Shown here piece after piece: positions 23,722-36,460 of a stretch of 64,000 nucleotides of DNA. This DNA is from Dipteris shenzhenensis (Eukaryota). The notes under the pieces are model-generated. The model made no database searches, had not been told where the DNA came from, and worked only from the letters and a program-made list of their open reading frames with translations. The stretch is from the NCBI GenBank assembly GCA_047967505.1, contig CM106538.1, one strand, 5' to 3'. A program made the translations under genes and the position numbers. Every line of letters begins with the position of its first letter. Position 1 is the first letter of the stretch.

Positions 23722-26289
23722 TTAGTTTTCCAAAAAATCTCCATGGCTTGAGACATAAAGGAAGTGAGATCTCGAGATGACCAATGTAATAGAGGAAGGT
23801 AGAACTGGACATAAAGCTAGAACAATAGACTGGACAATTCGAAGCCGTACATGCAGAGGCCAAGTGGAGATCTTCCAATATTCTAATTTGTCCTGAATTT
23901 TGTTTGACACCCACGACATTTGTTGCTTATTGCTGATTTTCCAGCCAATGGGATAGCCCAAATGTCTTACTATGTTTTCCGGATAAATAATCTGGCCTGG
24001 CCACAGGATAGCATGCCAATCACAATGCTTGAGAGGCAAGAGTTTTAATTTCTGAAAATTAATCTTAAGACCAACTGCCAACCCAAAATCTGAAAGGGTA
24101 TCCATCAAGAGGCGAATCTCCAAAGGACTGTTCTTTGGCATGAAGAATGAATCATCTGCATAGGCCTGTGCAATGAAGGGTCGTGAACCAGATATCTGAA
24201 GCCCCTCTAGCTGTCCAATATCAACCATGTGATCCATATAAAGAAGCAAAGGATGTGAAGCGATGGCATAAAGCAAAGCACTGAGAGGGCATCCCTGCCG
24301 AACTGAACGTTCGAGAGTCCAAGACTCAGACAAATGATTCCCTATAAAGCATTGTGCAGTGGAATCTGAGTAAAGCCAATTTATGACATTAACTAGCTTT
24401 GGCCCAAAACCAAGTTTTAACATGATTTGAGAGACATAATCCCACTGTACTATATCAAATGCCTTCGCCACATCCACCTGCATGACCAACACATCTTGAT
24501 ATGAATATTTTGCATATTCCATTGCGATGAGAGTGTTAGAGATATTGTCATGTATGTGCCGTCTTGGAACAAAACCATATTGCCTGGGATGAAGTCCATC
24601 ATGAAGGATATCCTTTATCCGATGTACCAACATTTTGGCAATCAGTTTGATATAACCAACATCAAAGTGATGGGCCTCCAGTCATCCATAGTCTCACATA
24701 GAGGTTTTTTGGGCACAAGCTTAACCAGACCATGCTTCCAAGCTGAGGGAAGATGTTGATGCTGCCAGGCTACATTAATAAACTGCAGAATTGGACCCTT
24801 CAATTCACGCCAAAAGGCTTCAAAAAATTCAACCGTCAGACCATCCCAGCCAGGGGATTTATGTTTACCCAAATGCTTAAGGGCTTCATCCAATTCAACA
24901 TCTGAAAAAAACATTTCCAGCATTGAGGCTTTTTGCAAGGAGACAATAGAAGAAACAAGCTCAGTAAATCTGTTACGAGCCAATGCAACCTGAGGTGTAG
25001 AAGAAGATGGCTGAGAAAAAAGAAGCTGAAAATGATCCAAACATTGTTTTTCTAGCTGAGATAGAGTCTGGGTCCAAAGACCGTCTGGTTTCCTGACCCT
25101 CATGATAGATTGGCTTTGTCTATGTGCATGTAAGTTCCAAAAAAAAGATTTCGAGGAACAGCCCTTATCTAGCATAGGTTTAACTCTGGCCCTGATCTGC
25201 CATTTGGACAGCTTGCGTTTATCATTGGCATCAATTATGGAGGAAGCACAAGACAATAAATGCTGCTCAGAAGCAGATAAAGATCTTTGATGACTAATCT
25301 GTACCAAATACTGCTTGTATGATTTTGCCCACTGGATATGCTGTCTGGTTTCTGCCATGTACCATCTTCCATATTCCTTAATGACATTTTGAATACGATG
25401 TATGAAAGAGGTCCAAGCAAAGTCCAGATCCTCCTGAGCATGGGATAGCAATGGCCTACAAGCCAGTCTGATCATATAGTCTGATCATATGCTGGAATTT
25501 TTCATGAGAAAGATATAATTGATTGACCTATAAATGTCTGACAGAAGAGAGCTGCAAGTCATCCAGAGGCATACTAAAAGAAAGGGTGAGCCAAAGTGGA
25601 GTGTGATCAGATAATTGTTGTGAATAATCAGTCCACATTTGACATGTATATTCATCATATTGCTGAGCATGAATGAGATAATATCTATCAAGCCTGGCCC
25701 AATATTCTGTAAAAGCATTATGATGATATGTAAATCCCATAACTGAAGGGTGAGTTGCTGTCCATAAATCTGCAGATTGAAGTGATGATGTCATATGTTC
25801 CCATTGCTGGATTTCAGAGGGCAGCATATGGGATTTATGTGTGGTATTGTCCTTCCAGTGAGGAGACTTGTTGAAATCACCACAAAGTAGAGCATTTGAA
25901 GACCAAGGATATTGCTTTATGGAGTTCCACATTTGAGCTCTAGAAGCTGAATTTTGAGAGGCATACAAAGATCCTATTTCAAAAATCTCTCCATTGATCA
26001 TACATTGGATAATCATCCATCGTCCACCAAGATCATTATATGCTATCCAGGGTTGCAGATCATGTCTGGCTAAAATGCACAGCCCAGAGAATTGTTCAGA
26101 TCCTGAATAAAATATATCATATCCAGAAAAAAACCCATGCTGGCCGGCAAAAAAATGCTGATTATGCTCTTGCAGACACACAACATCCAGATGAGTTGTA
26201 TTTATATAATGCCATAGAAGCCTCCATTTATTCTGGTTGCAGAGGCCCTGTACATTATAGGAAAAACATTTAAGAGAAGCATGCATGAA
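23722..26289 (-). pseudogene. L1 ORF2 (APE endonuclease plus RT), frameshifted
   Basis: SYNVQGL, CLQEH, GDFN, RLDRYY, SDHTP; KSPGWDG, WRPITL, RQGCPLS, YADDS. A 13-bp duplication (agtctgatcatat) lies at ~25465-25490. Confidence 0.92.
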
Positions 26290-26333
26290 AATATATACAA
26301 GAGATGATCGGTCCTCCAAAAGAACGGGAGGCC

Positions 26334-27548
26334 TCAAGCCTCTGCCATTGCCACAGGGTCTTGCTGACCCTCAGCATCCAATTCCCTGATAATATCATCT
26401 TCTTCACAAAGGGGAAGACCCTTCTTGACTGCATTAACCCATGCCTTTGAGATGGGGTTGCTTGAAGAGGTAGAAGATTGTCCTGGAGAAGGAGCAGAGG
26501 CATCCCAATTACGAGATTGGAGAGGTCTTTGTTTGAGAGGCACCGTCTTCTTTGCAGTCTGCCATCCCTCATGAGAAGATGAGTTATTTTCCCCTAACTT
26601 GCTTTTTCCTTTATCCTTATTTTGAGCTGAAATTGCCTGGCTCCCTGTATGAACTGAAGGCTTTGCTCCTTTAGCTTCAATCTTTTCCACATATGTCTTC
26701 TGACCTCCTTTATTAGATGGCAGAGGAATAGCTGTTGGAGGAGGTGGATGAAGGATAGAGGGACACTCCGAAGCAAGATGCCCAAACTTGTGACAAGAAA
26801 AACAAGCTCCAGCAAAAATGCCCCATTTTAAAGTGAAATATTTCTTTCCCAAATTACCACCCTGAATCTCAACTGCAATAGAGGAGGGGGTCGGTCTATC
26901 AGTATCCCATAAGATGCAAAAACAATTTTTATTACCTGTGGGACGAGGGGGATAGATCACTTGTCCCAATGTCATAGCTAAACCTAGAAGCTCTATTCTC
27001 ATGTAATCTGGAAAATCAACCACTTTAACCCATACAGGGCAATGATGCTTGATGAGGTTCTGATAGTCCTTATTAGGGGACCAGGGCATGATATGCACCA
27101 TTTGTCGACCAAAAAATAAAGGGGACATTTCCAGCATCTTTTGTTTTGTCAAGGCATCCAAAAGATGAACTTCATAAAATCCTCGGGAGGTAAAATAGAC
27201 TCCTTCTACATAGCATCCACCTAGGAGAGAATTCACCCATTGTCCCACATCATTAGCAGAGGGAATTTTGCCTGGGAAAAAGATGATAACCGCAGTTTGA
27301 GAGAGATTCTTCAAAGGATGCACAAGAGAAGGCAACTTCATTTTGTAAGTGAGTTCCGGAGCAGGTTGAATCCATTCCCTTCTACTTTGTTGAAAATCAT
27401 CATTCAACATATTAAACACATAGGAAGCATCTTCAGATGAAGGAGCTATGGGGGGAGAGGTTTCCCTTGATTGTCTTTTGGGTTCAGGAGAGAGTGCTCT
27501 CTTGACATAATACTTGTTTGCTTCTGCCATGGAGGCTAAGGGATTCAA
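26334..27548 (-). CDS. L1 ORF1 protein (DUF4283-like plus CCHC zinc knuckle), 404 aa, uninterrupted
   Basis: Open ATG-stop frame; RGFYEV, MPWSP, CPVWV, CFSCHKFGHLASEC. Confidence 0.85.
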   Translation of the reverse strand: MNPLASMAEANKYYVKRALSPEPKRQSRETSPPIAPSSEDASYVFNMLNDDFQQSRREWIQPAPELTYKMKLPSLVHPLKNLSQTAVIIFFPGKIPSANDVGQWVNSLLGGCYVEGVYFTSRGFYEVHLLDALTKQKMLEMSPLFFGRQMVHIMPWSPNKDYQNLIKHHCPVWVKVVDFPDYMRIELLGLAMTLGQVIYPPRPTGNKNCFCILWDTDRPTPSSIAVEIQGGNLGKKYFTLKWGIFAGACFSCHKFGHLASECPSILHPPPPTAIPLPSNKGGQKTYVEKIEAKGAKPSVHTGSQAISAQNKDKGKSKLGENNSSSHEGWQTAKKTVPLKQRPLQSRNWDASAPSPGQSSTSSSNPISKAWVNAVKKGLPLCEEDDIIRELDAEGQQDPVAMAEA

Positions 27549-27999
27549 CAGATATCAAACGAAGAGAATCAAACAGGGCACAAAGAAGGGCTGACAGGCT
27601 GTACGGACGCTGGACTGAAGCACTGTACGGACGCACGGAGAAGCTGACAGAACTATATGGAAGGATTGACAGGTTGCAAGAAAGGACTGACAGACTGTAC
27701 GGGACAACTGACAGGCTGTACGGAAAGTTTGACGATTGTACGGAAAGATTGACGGAGACAGTACGGACGGACTGTACGGACTTAGGGAAGGAAGATAGAG
27801 GATAGGAACGGTCGTGCAGGGTGGAACGGAGCTTTGTTCCAAGACGCGAAGGTAAGGCAACCTGGCGCGAAATCTTCTTACTGCCGTACGGGAACCGTAC
27901 GACGGCCGTACGGAAGTACGGATAGGAAGACTAGCGCCACGCGATCTCGGACGACGCTGATCAGCGTATGTAGCGAGCACTCAGACCCTCACGATTCTC

Positions 28000-28068
28000 C
28001 CCTCTCTCTCTCACGCACGCTTTCACCACACACACACACACACACGACACACACACACACACACACAC
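28000..28068. repeat. (TC)n/(CA)n compound microsatellite
   Basis: Read directly; separates the L1 5' end from the RTE 3' end. Confidence 0.9.
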
Positions 28069-29281
28069 AGATAAAGAAAGATATATTAACGTCCACGGGA
28101 GGCCTCGTGGACCTATGGGACAAAAGTGCAGAAACAAAGTAAACTCATACAAGCCACTGTGGGCTAGAGCGAAGGGCTTGCTAAGGCCCTCGTTGAGTAC
28201 TAGAAAACACATAAACTGAAATATTGATGTAGTACATCATATCAAGTCAGTCCAAAAAAGCCAAATAGTGTGTAACATGAGTGAGGCATGTCAGGTGCTC
28301 AGGGCTAATGCTCCAAGAGCATGATCTGGCTCCATGTATCCAGGCTCCGTGATAGCTCTCTGGTGTGACACAAAGAGCTCACGTATCTGCATCTATCGAG
28401 CTGTCTGGCCTTGTGGCGGGGGGCGTGGTCTCCTCAATCTCTGGATTTGATGGGCTATGTCAAGTGTAATGCCACGTCTCTATCGGTCGCCTCTGAGGAG
28501 AGTTGAGAAAGGTCGAACCTCAATCGTGTGTGCTCTGGTCTCTTGTCGCATGTGAGATCCGCGTGTCCCTCATCCAGTAGTGGTGTCGTGTCGACTCCCT
28601 CTACTGACCCATCTATCTCTCATGTCAGCTAGCTCCTCCTCCTCTACTACCGAGTGCCCTGGAGCTGACTCAAATGCATAGAAGTGGGTGACCTGCCTCT
28701 GCGCTCGATCCACCTCAATGTCCTGTGACGTGGTGGTTGCATCTTGCTGCTGTCTGATCCGTCGCAGTAGTGTCTCTTTGTGTCTCCGCATCTCCATCAG
28801 GTAGAGTGCAATACAGACCTGATCTTGGAAGTGGATCAGTCGTGAGAGTGGGCCAAACCCGTGTCCCTCCTGAAAAAGGCAATGGTAGCGCCCTCGGATC
28901 TCGTAGTAGGCGAGACACATACAAAGAAAGTGCTCCTCGATCTCGACTAACCCATCGTGCATAGCATACAAGTCCGCTGCTCTCTGGGTATGCCTGCAGC
29001 TCTCCCTGCCTCAATCCTCAGCTGATGGGAGGAGACTCGCATCTGTCCAATGGCAATCCTTAGTGCATGTGAGACTCCTCTGTGCTCAAGATACTGGGGT
29101 CTGATGATGAGGCCATCCTCCGATACTCTCAAGAAGATACTCTCAAGAAATGGTCATAGTAGAGCTGGGTCTTGGTGGGAAACTCCTGGTCCCCCCCCCA
29201 AGTCCGAAGTGTGTGAAGCTAGAGGAGGTCTAACCGTATGATGCAGTTAATCTCATCTCGCAGAATCAGCTCGGGGGGTGC

Positions 29282-29285
<4 letters not shown>
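28069..29285 (-). mobile_element. 5'-truncated RTE LINE
   Basis: RVSSHQLRIEAGR..CMLC..EEHFLCMC..Y (RTE C-terminal Cys/His region); conserved 3' motif; flanked by (CA)n and by (GA)n at 29289-29316. Confidence 0.85.
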
Positions 29286-29319
<34 letters not shown>

Positions 29320-31689
29320 CACCCAAGAGCAAAATTAAAATGGGCATGGGCATGGGATGAGGGGCAAGGACGTGGCATAAAATGATTAGAGGGACACTTT
29401 TAAAAGAAGGTGTAATGAGAGAGCTGCTTTTGCAGGAAGTGCTAACAAAGGAAGGTTAAACTCTGCCATGTCTCCACAATCAACCAAAGGTGAAATATTG
29501 TTACTCTGAACCAGTTGAAAAGGAGCCAAAGTTCATAAAATCCCCACTCGCAAGAGCATGACAAAGAAGCCAGGGGGCTACCCTAGGCCTTCAATCAAGA
29601 TGGAGAACATGATGTACTAAAGCAGCAAGGGGATGTTGAGGGTGAGATGGGGGACCAAGACCGTGTGTGTCCACTCTATATGAGTGTTGTACTTTCACTT
29701 GTCACATCAATCAACTCAAGTGGAGCTTTTGGTCATGTAATTGATTTCCTTGGTTCATGCCTTTCATTCCATTTCCTTTCATTTCTATTTCAAGTTAAGT
29801 TTCCTTCCTTCTAGCTCCCTTGCCTCCTATCCACCATCTTCCTGTTCCTTCAGAGGAGAGGCTGTATGGGAAGGAAAAGAGGCGGAGCAAGTTTGAAAGG
29901 GTCGCCAATTGAGGTTGGAGGAGAGGCAAGTGATGAGGAAGAAGAACAACTTTGGTTGATGGACTTGATTAGGATAATTCTTCGATAATGAATGGTGCCA
30001 AAATTCCATTGAAAAGAGCATCCCCTCCCTCTGTTTTGCCAAGAATTTTTGTTTCTTTCTTGTAACTCAATAAGTTGTCCTAGCCTTATAGCTGGCCTCA
30101 AGATCACACGTTTGGGCATGCATCAAGGATTGGCTAGTTTAATTGCACTCTATGTCAAACAAACCCCTCTTTGGAGATTGCAACAAAAAATGAAGGACTC
30201 CTTTGAAAAGCAAGATCTCCATAGAGTCATTCAAGCCATAGAAAGGGACTTTTAGGGATGTCATCCTACAATTAAAGTGTCCTAGTAGAAGTGCATCCCA
30301 TGCGCACACATACAACAACAAGCCTGCTAACTTATGGAGAAGTCTCTATGTAATATGAGTAAACAAGGGAAGAATAGCTAATAGCTATATAAAAACTCTA
30401 GGTAGTGGAAAAACTGATCTGTTTCATCGTTTAAGACCTGTAAATTGACATCCACTTTAGCATGAATACTACAAATCACTTTCATCGAAGTCGATGAATC
30501 TCAAGACAAGCATTGACCATTGGAATGAACCTTAACAGTGCAATGCAACCCTTGTAATATTCATTCACAAGGTCAAAAACCTTCAGCTCCATCATGCACA
30601 ATAGTGACTAGCTACAATGGCATCCCCACCGACATCATCACTGCCCAAGGCTGGGTGCAATCCAATGTATAAACTTATGCTCACTTCTATGTACATAAGA
30701 TCATGTCAACATATTTATTAGTATTTGTTTGTGTAAAGGACTGCATACTAAGTTTCTATCGACACTCGAAGGCGACAGGGTGTTGACTAGGTCAATCAAG
30801 TTCAACGCTTTTGACTTTTTGATAAAAAAATTGACTTTTAACCAAATTAACTCTTAGCATATTTTTAGGTCCTCCCATGTTTTTACTGTTATTGGAATTT
30901 TGTTGGGAGTCCTAGAGCCCAAAAATCAGATTTAAAGATATAATCTAAGCTGCCTCCATCTTTGATAAATATGAAACTGACAATATGGGATCAATACTAG
31001 GTTCTATGTGGAATGTTAAATATTAAGTCTCTCAAATAGATTAAGGGGAGAGATGATAGCCAAATGCATGGTAAAAAGCAAATCTTGATTTTCAAGATAA
31101 CAAGAGATAATACTAGTAAGAGAATAACAGTAGTATTAATAAGAGTAGCACATTGCAAATCAAGGCAAGGATCGCACTATATCAAGTCACTATGAATGGC
31201 TTTATGATTAGGCACAAAAAATGCATAGGCGAAGAAGAAGATGGCTTCAAACAGTTTCACCAAAACATAACACAAAAGGATTGCTTACCAAGATGTCAAT
31301 AAAAAAACCTAAATGCAACTCTTTAAGGAGACATTTAGAATATTGACCTGCCAGAAGGAGCGAAATAGTGTAGAAGCCTTCCTTTGTGACACAATGAATG
31401 GCGCAAAAGCTCTTCCAAACTGTCTCTCTTGGCATGACTGTCCTTCAAATAAACTGCCAAAATTATGCATTCAATAGAAGAAAACAAATAACAATTACAA
31501 TAACAAAATTGTTTCAAGCAACTAAAAACCCTCTTCTCTTTGTCTTTCTCCCTTTTTTCATGTTTCCATACCTCTCATGGCAAAAACTGACAAGGACTCC
31601 TTTAGAGGCTACACACTAACTTTTAAAGTTTTCAATTCTAGTTTCAATTTACATTAGATCTTTCGAGGTGTGTTAGACACCTTTAGTTC

Positions 31690-32215
31690 CCCTACAAGGG
31701 GTGTTATCTCATGATGTACTTTTGACTTGGTCTCATAGGCCTTGATAACCTCTCTCTAGACCAAGTCTCTTCTCTTTGACTCCTTAATTTGCCCCGTTGG
31801 TATGCATCGCAGGCCTTGTCGGGGGCCTGACATCTCAGAGGCAGATTGGGCTCGAGTGGAGAGGCATCAAGTTCTCTTGCTGCCATGGATGATCCGCAGT
31901 AATCTGTCAGTCCCACATCAAAAAGTTCCAGCTGAGTTCGAAGAATCCCCCCTACAGCTTGATGCAGCATTCTAGATTATCATGTACTTCTACCACGTCA
32001 AGGAGTATGGCTCTTATATCTCAAGCCGACGCAAGTTACCATGGCTGGTCCTATCTTCATCTATGACTCTAGTAGTTGAGGCCGATCAAAGATGTTGGTA
32101 TGCACGTACACACAGATGGTTTGACAGTTTGCAAGGATATATTACCACCCTATCACTATAGCATTCAGCCCCCCTCTGTCCCACTCACATATCATGAGGT
32201 CAACCAGGTCATCCG
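31690..32215 (+). mobile_element. Degraded RTE LINE fragment
   Basis: Colinear similarity to 34930-35400. Confidence 0.65.
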
Positions 32216-32219
32216 GAAG

Positions 32220-32630
32220 GATCTCGTACATTTTCAAAATCAGAACTAGTTTGCATGATCTCGAGGTGGAGAGGGGTAGGTGGGCAAGACCGAGGATCCC
32301 CAGAGAGGAAAGGGCATGTAAAATATGCCCCATAGGAGAGGTAGAAAATCAGCAGCGTGTCCTCCTAAGATGTAGAGCCTATGCTCAATCTGTTGGTGCA
32401 GCCAGCCAAAAAGCTAGGAAGTTACTTGAAAGAGGTTTTAGTACATCGAAACAAGGTATTGGGAGTAACACACGGGCTAGCCCAACAAGTACTCAATACT
32501 ACATAAAGTTTGTAATATTCTCTTTCATCGATTGCAAGAGATGACTATTAGTTGATAGTGATCGCCAGTCCCATAGATCTTTAAGGGTCTCACAGTGGAC
32601 TTTAATACAATCATGTCATGTCATATCATA
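32220..32630 (+). mobile_element. RTE LINE 3' end (different family) with (GTCAT/ATCAT) tail
   Basis: FKIRTSLHDLEVERGRW..CKIC..E.E..VLLRC.AY; conserved 3' motif. Confidence 0.8.
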
Positions 32631-34597
32631 GTGGCCGGTGACCCTATGGAGACTGGGAATTACCGCACCCTCATATTTGGTCATACTTTGGCCAAGATCT
32701 ATGGGTCGGTTCTAGAGAGGGAGCTCAGTAGTCATACAGAGGCTCGGGGGCAGCGGGCACTGAGACAGGCAAGATTCCAGAGGCAGCATTCTTCCTTAGA
32801 TCACATATTCACTCTGAGAGCTATCATTAAGGAGGCAAGATCCAGACACCAGAAAGTCTACACATGCTTTGTAGACTTTTGGAAGGCCTTTGACACGGCC
32901 CCGCGTTCCCACATGATCAGAATACTATAAGAGATGCAGATCCCAGAGACACTGATTTGGGGTGTGGTAAGCTTATATGAGTCGGTCACAGGCAGAGTAA
33001 GTGCACCAGGCGGTCTATCGTACTGGGTCGAGAGCACGATTGGAGTGAAGCAGGGTTGTCCACTCTCACAAACCCTCTTCGGACTCTACATTGATGAGAT
33101 CACATCTTTCATAGATCGCCTAGGAGGCGAGGGTTCACTAATGGGTGACCCCATGATATAGATATTGTTATACGGTGATGACAGTCCTCGTATCATCCTC
33201 AGCGGAAGGGTTGCAGAGACATCTGGACACCCTAGACGTGTTTTGTAGCAAGAGAGACTTGACAGTCAACCTTGGGAAGACTAAGGTTATGGTCTTCAAT
33301 ACCTCATATGCAGTGACTCGTCCACTCAGCTTCACCTATAGTGATGAGCCAGTGGAGATAGTGCAGTCCTACACATATCTAGGAGTAGTCTTCACACGAC
33401 CCCTTTTTACAATGAACCATGCAGCCCAGGCATGACTCACACGAGGACGGGGTACTTTGGCCCGACTAGAGAGACAATGCTTCCAGGCCCACTTTTAGGA
33501 CCCACCAACTGACTCCTCGACATACTAGTGCGCCCGACAGCCATGTATGTAGCGCCCTTCTAGGGGTGTGATTTACCAAGGACCGAGTGGAGGAAATTTG
33601 AGTGGCTATAGGTGACTATGGGGTCTAGGATGATTCGGAGTAAGCCCTCAACTCCACATGATATAGTACAGGCAAAGTTCGCCATGACTCCCCTACAGAT
33701 TGATGCCATCTTTCAAACAGCGACTTTCATCCACAGAGTTTGGGACTTGCCTCGATGGAGATTACCGAGACTGGCCTTGGAGTCATCCAGACGACTAGCA
33801 AAGAGTGGAGCAGACACATGGTATGCACGGATATCCAAATGGTTTACCAGGCACGGTATCAAGATGGACAAGCTCCCCCCTTCTCAGTACAGCATGGACG
33901 CACCCCCTTAGTCGATCCCGCGAGATGAGATCAACCGTATCATACGCTTAGATCTCATTCAGCTTCATACGTCTCCGACTTTTGGGGGGGGGGGGGGACC
34001 AAGAGCTCCCCACCAAGTCCCAGTTCTACCGCGACCACTTCTTGAGAGTATCGGAGGAGGGATTCATCTTCAGACCCTAGTATCTCGAGGACAGAGGAGT
34101 CTCGTAGATGCACTGAGGATTGCCATTGGACAGATGCATGTTTCATCTCATCAATTGAGGATCGAGATGAGGAGAGCAACATGCATACCCAAGGAGCAGC
34201 AGATATGTATGCTTTGCACACTAGGAGTGACTGAGAAAAAGGAGCATTTCCTATGTGCCTGCCCAGCCTATTATGAGATCACGGGACGATACCATTGCCT
34301 CTACCAGGAGGGGAGAGGCCACTCTCACGATTGATCCACTTCCATGACCACGTCTGCATTGGCCTATATCTACTTGAGATGCGCCGACACAGGGAGACCC
34401 TACTACGACATATTCAAAGCAGCAGGAGGCGATCAGACCATAGGACAAAGAGGTTGATAGAGCACGGCAACACGTCACAGAATTCTATACATTTGAATCA
34501 GCTCCAAGACACAGCGGGATGAAGGTGGAGGAGATAGCTGACATGCGGGCAGCTTGGATTACTGACAGAGGGCAGCAAAAACCACTTGCAGACGGAG
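32631..34597 (+). mobile_element. RTE LINE RT region, 5'-truncated and cut at its 3' side by element C
   Basis: NYRTL, FVDFWKAFD, GVKQGCPLS.TLF, YGDD, NLGKTKVM, YLGV; the sequence stops mid-homology at the LTR start 34598. Confidence 0.88.
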
Positions 34598-36410
34598 TGC
34601 AACCCGATGGAGACGTGCGTTTCTTTTTCTTCTTTGGCGAATCTTCTACAAACACTCTCTTGATTCTAGCGCTCTCTCTCTCTCTCATTATTTGAAGGTC
34701 AACCTGGGTAAAACCAAGGTCATGATCTTCAATACATCTCGAGCCATCATGCGTCAGGAGCAGTTCACATTTGAGGGGTCATCTGTTGAGATAGTTTCAT
34801 CATACACTTATCTTGGGGTTATCTTCTCCGGACCCAGCTTCACTATGAGACCCACGATGCAGGCACACTTGAGTAGAGGATATGCTTCATTGGCCAGACT
34901 AGAGAGGCAGTGCTTCCGCTTGCACTTTCAGGATCCACGCACCAAGGGGTTGCTTTTTGACTCCTTGGTTCGCCCAGTGGGGATGTACGGCAGCCCTTGT
35001 TGGGGGCCAGACTTGTCAGATACAGAGTGGGAGCGGCTATAGGTTCTCATGTTATCATAGATGATTCGAGGTAAGTCATCCGTTCCTCACCAAATCATTC
35101 AGTTTGGGTCACCCCCTTTACAGCTAGATGCGGCATTTAGGGTCATCACATATTTGTACCGAGTTAGGGAATATGGGGATTATACCTCGGGGCATAGCAG
35201 GCTACCATGGATAGCTCTATCCTCTTCTATGGCACTTGCAGTAGGAGGAGACCAGAGGTGCTGGTATGCACGTACAGAGAGATGGTTTGAGCGATTGGGG
35301 CTACACATGGATAGACTACCTCCCTTCCAGTATAGCATGGATGCTCCGTTTTCTCCCCTCTTATCACACGAGGTCAACTAGGTTATCCGTGAGGATCTTC
35401 TACAGCTACACACATTTCGGACCTGGTTGGGACTGAGTGAACTCCCAGTGAAGCTTAGCTTCTACACAGATCACTTCTTACATATCACAGTGGAGGGTTT
35501 CATTGACCCAACAGGATACACGCAGATTCACCTACCCCACTTGCTGAGGATCTCTCTTGGGCAGTTCCGGGTCTCTTCACACAGACTTCGTATCGAGAGC
35601 GGCAGAGCAGAGCGACTATCCAGGGAGAGGCGCATATGCACACTGTGTGACATGCAGGAAGTTGAGACAAAGGAGCATTTCATCTTTAGGTGTCCTGTGT
35701 ACTGTGAGATCCGAGGGCATTTCCACTGCCTCTCCAGGGATAGTTATAGGATTTTGGCCTGTTTCCTCTCCTACCCCGACCAGCGGTGTTTGGTAGGTTT
35801 CATTCATGAGACACTTAGACACCATGAGAGGATACTTCGAGCACGGAGACAGGAGCAGACTTCTTCCTCGGCTGATCCCTCTCAGACCTCTATCACGGAG
35901 TTCTTTCAGCTAGATCACATGGACCCCAACGAGACGAGGCCTCGACATGACCGTGACCCGGAGCCTGTGACCCGACAACTCAGACAAAGGGTCAACACAC
36001 AGATCACACTTGGCGACATCCCCTCCTTCTTTAGAGTCGGAGGCCGTCGATCGACGGGGGTCACAGTAGCCCTGGTCAGACGCAGAGCTACGACTAGGAG
36101 ACATGCCAGGACCGCACCTCTGAGTGGCCGACAGCACTCTATTGCCGACTTCATGCCTCCACTACCTCATCCATCCTGATATCTTGCTGCTGCCGATGAT
36201 GATGATGATATTGATGACGATGCTGAGATTGATATATAGCCGACCATCAACATGACTATGTTGTACTTAGGACTTAGTACTGCCATTCTGCATTTTTGCA
36301 TTTTGCATTGGTATGGACGCTCGTTTAGTAGCTCCACTACCACAACTTGTTGTATCAGGATTTTCACAGTCTCATAGACCCATCGGTCTTCCGAAGACTT
36401 TAATAAACTT

Positions 36411-36460
<50 letters not shown>

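Larger units (their letters stand above)
23654..28000 (-). mobile_element. L1 LINE, 5' end intact, 3'-truncated
   Basis: Repetitive 5' UTR, ORF1 and APE-RT ORF2; ends abruptly at the junction with the Ty3 integrase half. Confidence 0.9.

Noticed and set aside
29320-31680. Possible gene or solo-LTR fragments
   Set aside because: Only short ORFs and no partner repeat within the window; cannot be supported.
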